Origin: Mobula hypostoma
Lineage: Eukaryota
Reading direction: 5' to 3'
DNA: 64,000 nt
NCBI RefSeq assembly: GCF_963921235.1
Contig: NC_086103.1
Span: forward strand, 54,374,001 to 54,438,000
Notes under the pieces: model-generated
Databases searched by the model: none
What the model saw: only the letters and a program-made list of their open reading frames with translations
What the model was told of the DNA's origin: nothing
Translations under genes and position numbers: made by a program
In this document: one piece after another, positions 26,316 through 37,269 of the stretch
How the letters are laid out: each line of letters opens with the position of its first letter
Numbering within the stretch: position 1 is the first letter of the stretch

Positions 26316-27152
26316 TGTTACAAGAATACACATAAAATTAAGATGTTTGCTGGCCTGGGCTAGCATCAGTGGCATCAGCAGTTGGTCTGCCACCTGCCCT
26401 CAGGGGAAGGAGAGATAAGGAACAATGGAGCAGCGTCTGGAGATGTGTAATGAAGGGATGTGGGAGGAAGAGCTGTCTGGAGCGGCTCCCCCCTTTGAAC
26501 CTTGAACTTTTTGAAGTGATGGACAGGCGATACCCCAGCAGGGGGATAAAAAGGGACAGGTTCGCTAAGACAGACACACACGCCACCCGAGGTAACGAGA
26601 CCCTGGAAGCGGTGCGCTTCTCACGAGTGGGTGAGAAGTCCCAGACAACGACAAGGGTGGAAAGGTACGATCAGCGGGAACCCGGTGTGTGTCCGCCCTT
26701 GCCTGGGTGCCGGGTTCACTGCAGAGGATCGACCGCATCTGGAGGAGGGGTCACAGTCGGTGACCTCAGGTGACATCACCAAGGACCCGCCCAAAAGTTG
26801 CTCGTGAGCAATCTCGCTGGTCTGTGAGTGAAGCTGTGCTGAATGATGAGTTGTTCTCTCTGTCTCTCTTCCCCCACCTTGTCCATCGCCATGGCAACGA
26901 TTACTGCGAACTGAACTTTGAGTCATTTTGAAATTGGTCATTTACCCCTAGACAACGATAGAGCTTGATTGATGCTGTTATCTTAATTCTGTGCACATGT
27001 GTGGTTATCATTGTTGAATTGTTGCATTTATTATCTTTCGATTACTGTGTTGCTTGTTTCTTTAATAAAACTTTCTTAGTTCTAGTACTCCAGACTCCAA
27101 CTGAGTGATCCATTTCTGCTGGTTTGGCAACCCAGTTACGGGGTACGTAACA
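26316..27152 (+). repeat. 5' LTR (837 bp)
   Basis: Near-identical to 30259-31095. TATA-like GATAAAA at about 26545. AATAAA at 27064. Confidence 0.95.
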
Positions 27153-27156
27153 TAAG

Positions 27157-27176
27157 TGGGGTTCTCGTCCGCGATT
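27157..27176 (+). promoter_or_regulatory. Primer-binding site, tRNA-Pro-like (diverged)
   Basis: TGGGGTTCTCGTCCGCGATT versus the canonical tRNA-Pro PBS TGGGGGCTCGTCCGGGATT, 4 nt after the LTR. Confidence 0.75.
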
Positions 27177-27251
27177 TTGAACGCTAAATTTGGGACGGAG
27201 TAAATTGATTGGGTTAAAATTCCCGAAAGAAAGAAAAGACAAACAGCAGAA

Positions 27252-30086
27252 ATGGAGGTTGAGGAATTTATAAAGGCGCCGACCTTGGAGGCATTAGAGG
27301 ATGCCAGGAAATCGGAATTGATAGCTGTGGCCAAACGGGTGAATCTTGCTAAGGTGAAGTCGACAATGAGGAGAGAGGAGATACACAGAGCTATTGTAGA
27401 GCACTATGTATCTAAAGGTGTGTTTCCCCAAGGTGAGCTGGGGGAGGTGTCTATTGAAAAACCTGCTGGAGACGCGGTACAGGTACAGCTTGAAAAACTG
27501 AGACTCGAGCACGAGTTCCGGGTACGGCAGTTAGAACACGAAGAGAAGCAGTTAGAAAGGCGGGAGAGAGAGAAAGAGTTAGAAAGGCGAGAGAGAGAGA
27601 AAGAGGTAGAAAGGCAAGAGAGAGAAAGACAGTTGGAGAGAGAGGAGAAACAGAGGGAAAGGGAATTTGAGCTGGAGAAGTTAAAGATAAGGGCCGAGCA
27701 GGGGCTCGTGCCGACCCAAGGTGGAGGGTTCCGGGCGACCCAGGAGGTTAGGCTGGTTCCCCCATTTGACGATACCGATGTGGATCGGTACTTTCTCCAC
27801 TTCGAAAAAGTAGCTATAAGTCAGGACTGGCCGAGGGATAAGTGGGTTGTCTTACTTCAGAGTGTACTGAAAGGGAAAGCCCAACAAGCTTACTCCGCTT
27901 TATCCGCGGAAGATGCCCAGAAGTATGAGGTGGTGAAGGAGGCCATCCTCAGGATTTATGAGTTGGTCCCGGAGGCATACCGGCAGAGGTTCCGGAATGC
28001 GAGGAAGCAGTGGGACCGCACGTATTTGGAGTTTGCTCGTGAGATGCAAACATATTGTGAGCGTTGGTGCGCCTCGAAAGGGGTAGAGGGGGATTATGAC
28101 AGACTGCTGCAGCTGATTCTGATTGAGCAGTTTAAAGGTTGTGTCCCTGAGGGTATGAGACCCTACCTCGATGAGAAAGAGGCAGCCACGTTAGCCGCAA
28201 CTGCTAAGTTAGCGGATGAGTATGCGTTGACGCATAAAATGAAGGTTGCCCCGAGTAAAAGCTACCAGAAGGGTAGTCAGGACGGCGGGGAGAGTCCACC
28301 GGAAAAGTCAGAAAGTAAGCCGGGGACTAGTGAAAAGGATAAGGTAGACCGGGAGCAGTCTGGTAGGAAGTCTCCTGGGGTCGTCTGTTATAATTGTGGG
28401 AAAGTCGGACACTTTGCGTCCAGGTGCTTTGCCCCAAGGAAGGAGACGGGGAAAGGAAAAGCGGAAATTTTGAATGGCTGTATTGAGCTGTTAAGCGAAC
28501 CGCTAGGGAAGGACAGGTCTGAAAAAGTCCAGGAAGGGCGCGAGAGGTTTATCTCGGCCGGACTGGTGTCAGTGAAGGAGAGGTTAAAACCAGTTCCAGT
28601 GCGGATCTGGAGAGACACGGGAGCGTGTCAGTCACTAATACTGAAGAGTGTATTAGAGTTTAGCTCAGAGACCCAGACTGGGGAGGTAGAGGTCAAAGGT
28701 GTTGGGGAAGGGACAGAGTCAGTCCCTTTGCACCAGATACATTTACAGAGCAACCTGGTCTCTGGACTAGTCACGATCGGGGTGAGGTCCGAATTACCGA
28801 TGAAAGACGTGGAAGTCTTGCTCGGTAATGACATCGCCGGAGGAATCGTGTTCCCAGTCGTGAGATTGACGGGTCAGCCTGCCAGCATGGAGGCCCCGCC
28901 CGCGATGGTGAATTTGGCTGAAACATTTCTGCCAACCTTGTATGAGACAGGGTGTAGTGAGATAAGAGGTAGTGAGGGAGCTGGGACGGACGTAGCAGTA
29001 GCCAGGAAAGAATTTGTGCAGACGCAGGAGCGAGACGAGGGGCTGATGGTTTTGGCCGAGACCGCTCTCTCTGACACAGCCTTGACAAGCTATTGTGCGG
29101 ATAAGGAGGTGCTAAGGAAGAAAGGGAAATCAAGTACAGCATCCGCAGATGAGGAGTGGGGGGTGGTGCAAAAGAGTTATGGGGATGAGGTTTTTAACAT
29201 GGCCCACGAGGTACCCCCCGGTGGACATTTTGCGGTGCTGGAGGAAACAGTTGGTGGAATCATGAAAGAGAGTTACCGGCTGCCCAGGGGGAAAAATGTT
29301 ATTGATCATGACCGACGCGAACTGAGACGGTCACCGGCTTTTGATATGCTAACAAACCTAGTCGGTGTTAGCGTGGAAATCAATGAAGCTAGGGGCCCCT
29401 TGCTAAGAGGAAAAAACCATTTTGAAAAGATTAGGATGGGATCGGTCAGATGGGAGAAGGCTATTGTTTTGGCCAGGTCTACTGATAAGGTCTCTCCCTT
29501 AATCCCCGAAGGAGTAATTAAACGACTCGCACCCATGTGTTTGATTGTCCCGAGGAAATGCAAAGAACTGGGACGTTGGGTTATGTCTGTTACAATAGGG
29601 CAGCCAAGTAAACAACACCCATATTTTTCGAGTAATTCAGTGACTAAAGGGCTGATGAACACAGAGGTGTGTATTGGCAATTTAACACGGCTGTCTGAAG
29701 CCAGCTTGATAGTGAACCTTGGAAAAAATGAATTCGGCCACACGAATGTCACTTACCTGGGAATTGTGGTGACACAGGGGCAGTTGGCAGTGATGCAAGC
29801 TACAGTGCAGGCTATCGCTGACCTCCCAACCCCGACAGACAAGAGGGCCCTCAGAAGGCTTTTGGAGATGGTGGGGTACTGCAGGAAGTTTTGCAATAAC
29901 TCTGCGGTCAATACCCGTCCCCCTCCTACTAAGCCCTTGCGAGGGAAAATTGAGTCGGAATGGGACGACCCTTGTTGTTGTGGTCCGGGACAAAACCAAA
30001 TGAGAGGTTACATTGGTCGCAATTCATCAGTGTTTTTGGCCACTATGAAGTTTGCTGAGTTGGAGCCTGGTCTAAGGGATTATTAA
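27252..30086 (+). CDS. gag: 944-aa Gag-protease polyprotein with a vestigial in-frame IN/RT/RNaseH tail
   Basis: E/R coiled coil; SCAN-like capsid (VPEAYRQRFR..LILIEQFKGCVP); CCHC knuckle CYNCGKVGHFASRC (28386-28427); aspartic protease RDTGA (28614) with LLGNDI. Then IN remnant AHEVPPGGH (29202), RT remnants (PSKQHPY, VCIGN at the YIDD position, VTYLG..PTPTDKRALRRLLEMVGYCRKF) and RNaseH remnant YIGRNSSVFL. Confidence 0.92.
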   Translation: MEVEEFIKAPTLEALEDARKSELIAVAKRVNLAKVKSTMRREEIHRAIVEHYVSKGVFPQGELGEVSIEKPAGDAVQVQLEKLRLEHEFRVRQLEHEEKQLERREREKELERREREKEVERQERERQLEREEKQREREFELEKLKIRAEQGLVPTQGGGFRATQEVRLVPPFDDTDVDRYFLHFEKVAISQDWPRDKWVVLLQSVLKGKAQQAYSALSAEDAQKYEVVKEAILRIYELVPEAYRQRFRNARKQWDRTYLEFAREMQTYCERWCASKGVEGDYDRLLQLILIEQFKGCVPEGMRPYLDEKEAATLAATAKLADEYALTHKMKVAPSKSYQKGSQDGGESPPEKSESKPGTSEKDKVDREQSGRKSPGVVCYNCGKVGHFASRCFAPRKETGKGKAEILNGCIELLSEPLGKDRSEKVQEGRERFISAGLVSVKERLKPVPVRIWRDTGACQSLILKSVLEFSSETQTGEVEVKGVGEGTESVPLHQIHLQSNLVSGLVTIGVRSELPMKDVEVLLGNDIAGGIVFPVVRLTGQPASMEAPPAMVNLAETFLPTLYETGCSEIRGSEGAGTDVAVARKEFVQTQERDEGLMVLAETALSDTALTSYCADKEVLRKKGKSSTASADEEWGVVQKSYGDEVFNMAHEVPPGGHFAVLEETVGGIMKESYRLPRGKNVIDHDRRELRRSPAFDMLTNLVGVSVEINEARGPLLRGKNHFEKIRMGSVRWEKAIVLARSTDKVSPLIPEGVIKRLAPMCLIVPRKCKELGRWVMSVTIGQPSKQHPYFSSNSVTKGLMNTEVCIGNLTRLSEASLIVNLGKNEFGHTNVTYLGIVVTQGQLAVMQATVQAIADLPTPTDKRALRRLLEMVGYCRKFCNNSAVNTRPPPTKPLRGKIESEWDDPCCCGPGQNQMRGYIGRNSSVFLATMKFAELEPGLRDY

Positions 30087-30258
30087 TAACACGTGTAAAA
30101 GGAACAGAAAATGTGATGACTGTCTGTCAAGGTGTTGACAGCTTCAAATTCTCTGTATTAGCTAAATAACTGTTAACGATGTATATTGTGTATGTATCAG
30201 ATAATGTAGTCATGTTTGTAATTTTTACCTCCCGGTAAAAATCCTTAAAGGGGGGAAG

Positions 30259-31095
30259 TGTTACGAGAATACACATAAAATTAAGATGTTTGCTGGTCTG
30301 GGCTAGCATCAGTGGCATCAGCAGTTGGTCTGCCACCTGCCCTCAGGGGAAGGAGAGATAAGGAACAATGGAGCAGCGTCTGGAGATGTGTAATGAAGGG
30401 ATGTGGGAGGAAGAGCTGTCTGGAGCGGCTCCCCCCTTTGAACCTTGAACTTTTTGAAGTGATGGACAGGCGATACCCCAGCAGGGGGATAAAAAGGGAC
30501 AGGTTCGCTAAGACAGACACACACGCCACCCGAGGTAACGAGACCCTGGAAGCGGTACGCCTCTCACGAGTGGTGAGAAGTATCGGACAACGCACAGGGT
30601 GGAAAGGTACGATCAGCGGGAACCCGGTGTGTGTCCGCCCTTGCCTGGGTGCCGGGTTCACTGCAGAGGATCGACCGCATCTGGAGGAGGGGTCACAGTC
30701 GGTGACCTCAGGTGACATCACCAAGGACCCGCCCAAAAGTTGCTCGTGAGCAATCTCGCTGGTCTGTGAGTGAAGCTGTGCTGAATGATGAGTTGTTCTC
30801 TCTGTCTCTCTTCCCCCACCTTGTCCATCGCCATGGCAACGATTACTGCGAACTGAACTTTGAGTCATTTTGAAATTGGTCATTTACCCCTAGACAACGA
30901 TAGAGCTTGATTGATGCTGTTATCTTAATTCTGTGCACATGTGTGGTTATCATTGTTGAATTGTTGCATTTATTATCCTTTCGATTACTGTGTTGCTTGT
31001 TTCTTTAATAAAACTTTCTTAGTTCTAGTACTCCAGACTCCAACTGAGTGATCCATTTCTGCTGGTTTGGCAACCCAGTTACGGGGTACGTAACA
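30259..31095 (+). repeat. 3' LTR (837 bp)
   Basis: Near-identical to 26316-27152. Preceded by the PPT and followed by the TSD ACTC. Confidence 0.95.
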
Positions 31096-31599
31096 ACTCC
31101 AGGCAACATCTTTGTAAATCTCCTCTGCACCCTTTCTATGTCTTCCACATCCTTCCTGTAGTGAGGTGACCAGAACTGAGCACAGTACTCCAAGTGGGGT
31201 CTGACCAGGGTCCTATATAGCTGCAACATTACTTCTCACATCCTAAACTCAATCCCATGATTGATGAAGGCCAATGCACTGTATGTTTTCTTAACCACAG
31301 AGTCAACTTGCGCAGCAACTTTGAGTGTCCTATGGACTCAGACCCAAAGATCCCTCTGATCCTCCACACTGCCAAGAGTCTTACCATTAATACTATATTC
31401 TGCCATCATATTTGACCTACCAAAATGAACCACCTCACACTTATCCGGGTTGAACTCCATCTGTCACTTCTCAGCCCGGTACATTGGCTCATCATTTTTT
31501 CCCTTTCTACAGTAACACAACCCAACCTGCTGGGTATATCCAGCAAATCTGCATTTTACAACTTGTATAATTATTTGTTCTCATGATCTAACTGTGCTC

Positions 31600-31996
31600 A
31601 TCAGAATCAGAATCAGGTTTATTATAACCGGTATGATATTTGTTAACTTAGCAGCAGCAGTACAATGCAAAACATAATAAGGAAGAAGTAGTAGAAAAAA
31701 ATAATATAATAATAATAATTAATAAATAAATCAAGTACAGTATATGTATATTGAATAGATTAAAAATTGTGCAAAAAAAACCAGAAATAATATAAAAAAA
31801 AAGTGAGGTAGTGTTCTTGGGTTCAATGTCCATTTAGAAATTGGAAAGCAGAGAGGAAGAAGCTGTTCCCGAATTGATGAGTGTGTGCCTTCAGGCTTCT
31901 GTACCTCCTACCTGATGGTAACAGTGAGGAAAGGGCATGCCCTGGGTGCTGGAGGTCTTTAATAATGAATGCTGCCTTTCTGAGACACTGCTCCTT
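31600..31996 (-). mobile_element. Rex1-like 3' end fragment with (TTCTGA)n tail
   Basis: Minus strand encodes IIKDLQHPGHALSSLLPSGRRYRSL. Tail ATCAGAATCAGAATCAG at about 31600. Same family as 43331-43693. Confidence 0.75.
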
Positions 31997-33624
31997 GGGG
32001 CCTTTATGTTTCTTTGTTCAGGTTCCCCCTCTATTTATTTGTCCCCAGTAATCCATCATAGCTTACTTGCTGGTTAACCTTCTGTTATGTTCATTCCTCC
32101 CTTACATTCTCTGCTACTGTAAATAAATCTCATTTTTTCTATTTCTGACTTCTTATAATGGGTTTAAAGACCTGAAACATTAGCTCTGTTTTCCTTTATA
32201 CAGATGCTGTCTGACCTGCTGAGTGTTTCCAATATTTTCTACTTTTACTACAAGCCTTTAGAAAATATTCTTGTATATATTTCATTTGTAAAGTTTTATT
32301 AACTCAATAATCTGTTATATCATTAACATATAACAAAAATATGTTTTCTTTGGAATAACTGCAGTATCTGTATCTGAAGATTGACTGGTATTAAGCCAGT
32401 GCAGCAGGAACCTTTGAGTCAGGATTTAATGGCCACATACACCATATTGTGAACTTCCTGGAACTATAGGAAGTAACACGCTTAGCACAAATAAGTTTCT
32501 CATCATGTTTCAGTCTCTAGCACCTGTGGCAAATGTTGTGCTTTATAAATGACATTAAATAACTTCCACATCTCTTGTGCTAAATAATCCAGCATTCACT
32601 GATCTTAAGCACAATTTAAGAAGCCACTCAACTAATGTGCAGCATTGTTGATAGAAAATGCGGAAAGTACTTTCAATGTGATGCCCATTAGCTAAATGTT
32701 ATTCTGCTCAGTCTGAACTAAGCAACTACTGTTATTTCTGAAGAAACTGGTAGCAGTATTAAACATAAAATATCTTTCAAACTACTCGAACATGTGATCA
32801 TTGATTGTACCCAGGACCACTGAAATAATTTGGTGTTTTATGCAGAGAAATTTAAGCCTAAATTAAAACTAGAAGTCTATGATTTCATGTCATATCACAT
32901 TAGTTCATGACCATGGCATTTGCATCTTGAAGCTCTGCTTTAAAATCCTCAATATAAAGTGCCCCGAGCAAATATTACACAGCTTTTTGATCCACTGTGG
33001 TGTACTTATAGAGAATCCAGAGGAAGATGAAAACTAATTTCAGCCAGACCAGAGAAATCAACAAAAAGTTGTAGGGGTCTGGAGTTGGACTGTATGACCA
33101 AAATAATGAAACTTTTTCTTAACTGATGGTAGAATGCTACACCAATTGTATCATACCATATCTAAATTCCCTTCCTTAAGATTTTGTCTTTCATTCTAGT
33201 GCAACAATGAAGGGTTCATTTTTGGCAACTGTTAACTTAATATTCAACATCATAACAAAAAAAACATTATTTGGACCCAAGTGAACTTAAATGCATCTGA
33301 ATGTTTCCTCACTAAGAATAATGTCTGATGGTGTAGATCACTCCGTTACTTTATATTGGTGAATTAATTGCAGCAAAAATTGCTGACCAAACATCAGTGT
33401 ATGTGGAGAGGCGAGGTATTAGCTGGAGCAATACAAGACCCAGAGGCAGAACAAGCAAGATTGCCTATGCCTGAAATGGATGGCTAAGGAAAGAGTAGGC
33501 AGACAGAGTCAAATAACTTGCCATAATTTTCCACTAAGAATAGCCAAGAGAGTATCTTTGTTCAAGGAAGGGTTTAAAGTTATTTCAAGTAACAACTGTC
33601 CAGCCAGTTTAACATCATTGCTGC

Positions 33625-34195
33625 ATACAAAATGCTGGAGGAACTCAGCAGGTCAGGCAGCACCTATCGAAGTGAAGAGGCAGTGAACGTCTCAGACCCT
33701 TCTTCAAGACTGAGAAGTAGGGGGAAGATGCTGGAATAGAAAGGTGGGAGAAGGGGAAAGATGCTAGCTGGAAGGTGATGGGTGAAACCAGGTGGGTGGG
33801 AAAGGTCAAGAGCTGGAGAGGAAGGAAGCTGATAGGAGAGGAGAGTGGACCATAGGAGAAAGGGAAGGAGGAGGGCACCCAGCAGGATCTAATAAGTGAG
33901 GTAAAATGTCAGAGAGGGGAATATGAGGGCGAGGGGTGGTGGGAGGATGGGTGAAGTTTGTTTACCGGAAAGAGAAATCGATACTTATGCCATTAGGTTT
34001 GAGGCTACCCAGACTAAATATAAGGTGATCTCCTCCACCCTGAAGGTGACTTCAGGTTGGCACAAGAGGAGGTCATGAATTGACATATCAGAATGGGAAT
34101 TAAAATGTTTGGGCGCAAAGGAAATCCCGCTCATGTTGAACGGAGCAGATATGCTCAGCAAAGCGGCCCCTTTGTGCATCAGATCTTCATCACAG
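33625..34195 (-). mobile_element. Penelope-like element 3' part
   Basis: End motif ATGCTGGAGGAACTCAGCAGGTCAGGCAGCA, purine-rich UTR, and GIY-YIG tail HFNSHSDMSIHDLL..RVEE (ORF 33985-34203). Confidence 0.75.
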
Positions 34196-37100
34196 GGCAG
34201 CAATGATCAATTCCATCATCCAATCATTGGCATTAATGTAAAAAGTATCAGTCCCAACACAGACCCCTGTGAAACATCACTAGTCACCAGCAGCCAACCA
34301 GAAAAGGCTGCCTTTATTCCCACTTTTTGCCTCCTGCTAATCGGCCACTGCTTTATCCATACTAGAATTTTTCCTGTTATAGCATGGGTTTGTAGCTTGT
34401 CATGCAGCCTCGTGTGTGGCACTTAGTCAAAGGCCTTCTGTAAATCCAAGGACACAACATCCACTGATTCTCCTTTCTCTATCCTGCTAGCTATTTCTTC
34501 AAAGAATTCCAACAGATTTGTCAAGGAAGATTTTCCCTTGAAACCATGCTGAGTTTGGCCTGTTTTATCACATGCCTCCTAGAAACCACATCCTTACCTT
34601 CAATATCTTCCCAATCACTGAGGTTTGACCTAACTGGCTTATAATTTCCTTTCTTCTGTGTCTCTCCCTTCTTGAAGATTGGAGTGATATTTGCAATTTT
34701 ACAGTCTTCCAGAATCTTTCCAGAATCTAGTGATTCTTGAAAGATCATTACTAATGCCTCTACAATCTCTTCAGCCACCTCCTTCAGAACACTAGGGTTT
34801 ACGTCATCAGATCCAGGTGACTTATCTACTTTCAAACCTTTCACTTTCCCACAAATCTTTCTAGTAATGGTAACTTTACACATTTTATGACTCTTGACAC
34901 CTGAAACATCTACCATACTGCTTGTGTCTTCCACAGTGTAGACAGATATAAAATACTTATTCAGTTTGTCTGCAATTTCCTTGTCCCCCATTACTCCTAT
35001 CCAGCATCAATTTCCATTGCTCCAATATGCACTCTCATCTCTCGCCTCTCTTTTATACTTTATGTATCTGAGGAAACATTTGGTATCCTCTTTAATCTTA
35101 TTGGCTAGCTTACTTTCATATTTCATCTTTATCTTCTTAATGACTTTTTTTCAGTTGCCTTCTGTTGGTATTTGAAAGCTTCCCAATCCTCTGACTTAGC
35201 ACTAATTTATTTTATGCCCACTCTGTCACAACCATGGATTCGGCAGTGCAGTAGATACGGCAATTGCACTTGTCAATTTGCATGTGTCAGCTACTTATTA
35301 TTTAATCGTGGTAGTATTTAACTCCATACTTGTCATTGTAGTACTTGTTGAGACTTGGACAGAGTGTAGCAACACTTCGCTGCCTGTTTGCATTCAGCCC
35401 TCCCTGAGAAATTGGACTATCAAGCGAACTGACTCTGAAGACTAGCAGTATTCGCTTAATGTTCTTTTCAGCTGCAGTGTAGGCTTTGTTTTCCTTTTGT
35501 GAGTTTTAGTTAACGGTCCTGTTTAGCCTAGCGTTTATTGTTTTCATTTCCCTTTAACACTGTTGGTATTACAGTCTGTGAACTATCGACCTGCTTCAGT
35601 GTCTCTCACTCCGCACTTGGGCCATATCCAAAACTGGTAACAACAAGTTTCGACGACAAAGATGCTCTCAGCAGAGAGAGGGCAGCTGACTTTGACCGTG
35701 AGATTCATTGGCCAGGTAGGAGATAAGCTACAGGCAATGGAATCTGTTCTCAGTGAAGTTACGGAGGCAATGAGGCAGATAACCTCGTGCCGACAAGCCC
35801 AGTCTCACTTGGAGGAACAGGTATCGTCCCTGGCTGCAACTGTTCAACAGCTCACCACAGACAATCGGACTCAGGTGTCTGCCATTTCCATACTCACAGT
35901 CGCTGTCCACGAACTTACTGTGAACAGCCAGCATCAGCTGATAGTCATTAATGTTTTTGCCAGCTCAATTCAGCAGTTTCAGGCCGCCCCACTGCCAGCA
36001 TCTCGCAGGTCCTCCTTTTCTGCTGCCCCGACAATCTCTGCTACTAAAGCTCCCAATCCCACGACCGGACCAGAGCCGACTCCCACGACCGTACAGTAAC
36101 CGAGTATTCCACCACCAGGCAGATACTCTGGTATCCTGCTGGTTGCAGGAATTTTATTACCCAATACAAGCTGACATTCCAAGCCCCACTTGGTCGTATT
36201 GGTGATGATGTGCAAAAATTGGTGTACGTGGTCAATCTTCTTGCTGGACCTCCACTCAGCCTGTTCAACGCTTTACGGGAGCAAGGATACCCTGCAGCTC
36301 AGCCATGCTGACATTCTGTGGCGTCGTTAAGGAGGGTTTTTGATCTTCCGGTATGGGGTCAGGAGGCTGCCCAACGACTCTTGGACCTGCACCAAGGCAG
36401 AGGAATGGTGAGAGCCTATGCAGTCAAATCCGTACCCTTGCAGTAGAGACGGGATGGAATGAGAGATCTCTCATCACTGCCTTCCAGCATGGACTGAATG
36501 CAGGGATCTGGCATGAGATCACTGTGCGGGATGAGCAGCATAGTCTGGATGACTTGATTAATCTGACTATTCGAGTTGATGACCGGGTAACTGAGTGGCA
36601 CAGGGAAAGAATATTTCATACTTCCTACACGCCGCCTAATCACAGTCTTTCCTCGCCCTCTGCCCCTCCCTCACCACCCAGCACCCAGCCCATGGAGGAG
36701 CCTATGCAAGTGGGGCGCAAGCACCTGTCTCAGGAGGAATGAGAGCGGTGCCTGAGGACAGGTTCCTGCCTCTACTGTGGTGATCCAAGACACTTCCGGG
36801 CAGCATGTTCCATGCCTCCAGTAAAAGAGAATACGGGTCAGCAGGGAGGGGAATCCTGATGGGTCGATTCTCTCTTCAGTCAGCTGCCCCTAATTCTGTA
36901 ATGCTCGCAGCTTCCTTGTCGTGGAGGTCTCAGACCCATGAACTTAAAGTGTTTATTGACTCCGGTACAGCCAGGAATCTTATGGACATCTCTCTCGCTC
37001 AAAGATAGGAAGTTCCAACTCAAGAATTAAGAAAAAAAGAGCAACGTCAAGGCGCTAGACGGTCGACCACTGGGAAACGGCCAGATCCACGTTTCCACCC

Positions 37101-37269
37101 AACCCCTGTAATTGGTGCTCGAAGGCAACCATCATGAAGAAATATCTTTCTACCTGGTTAATTCACTTGAACTGCCACTGGTACTTGGTCTCCCCTAGTT
37201 ATCCCGACATAACCCATGGATCGATTGGTCTTTGAAGGTACTGCAAGAGTTGGGACTGGCATGCCTGTA

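Larger units (their letters stand above)
26316..31095 (+). mobile_element. Gmr1-type (IN before RT) Ty3/Gypsy LTR retrotransposon, non-autonomous, young
   Basis: 837-bp LTRs at 26316-27152 and 30259-31095 (TGTTA..TAACA). 4-bp TSD ACTC. tRNA-Pro-like primer-binding site (PBS) at 27157-27176. PPT AAAGGGGGGAAG at 30247-30258. Single ORF inside. Confidence 0.95.
25941..31478 (-). mobile_element. CR1 3' fragment, split by the Gmr1-type element into 25941-26315 and 31096-31478
   Basis: AGAAACATAGAAAC tail at about 25941. LQLYRTLVRPHLEYCAQFWSPHYRKD in ORF 31005-31229. Collinear with the CR1 copies at 45850 and 56068. Confidence 0.9.

Noticed and set aside
27252-30086. Domesticated (host co-opted) gag or SCAN gene
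   Set aside because: It sits between near-identical LTRs with PBS, PPT and TSD inside a CR1, which indicates a recent mobile insertion rather than a fixed host gene.
30281-30883. 200-aa antisense ORF in the 3' LTR
   Set aside because: It is broken by an indel in the 5' LTR copy, begins at a non-ATG codon and shows no recognisable motif.
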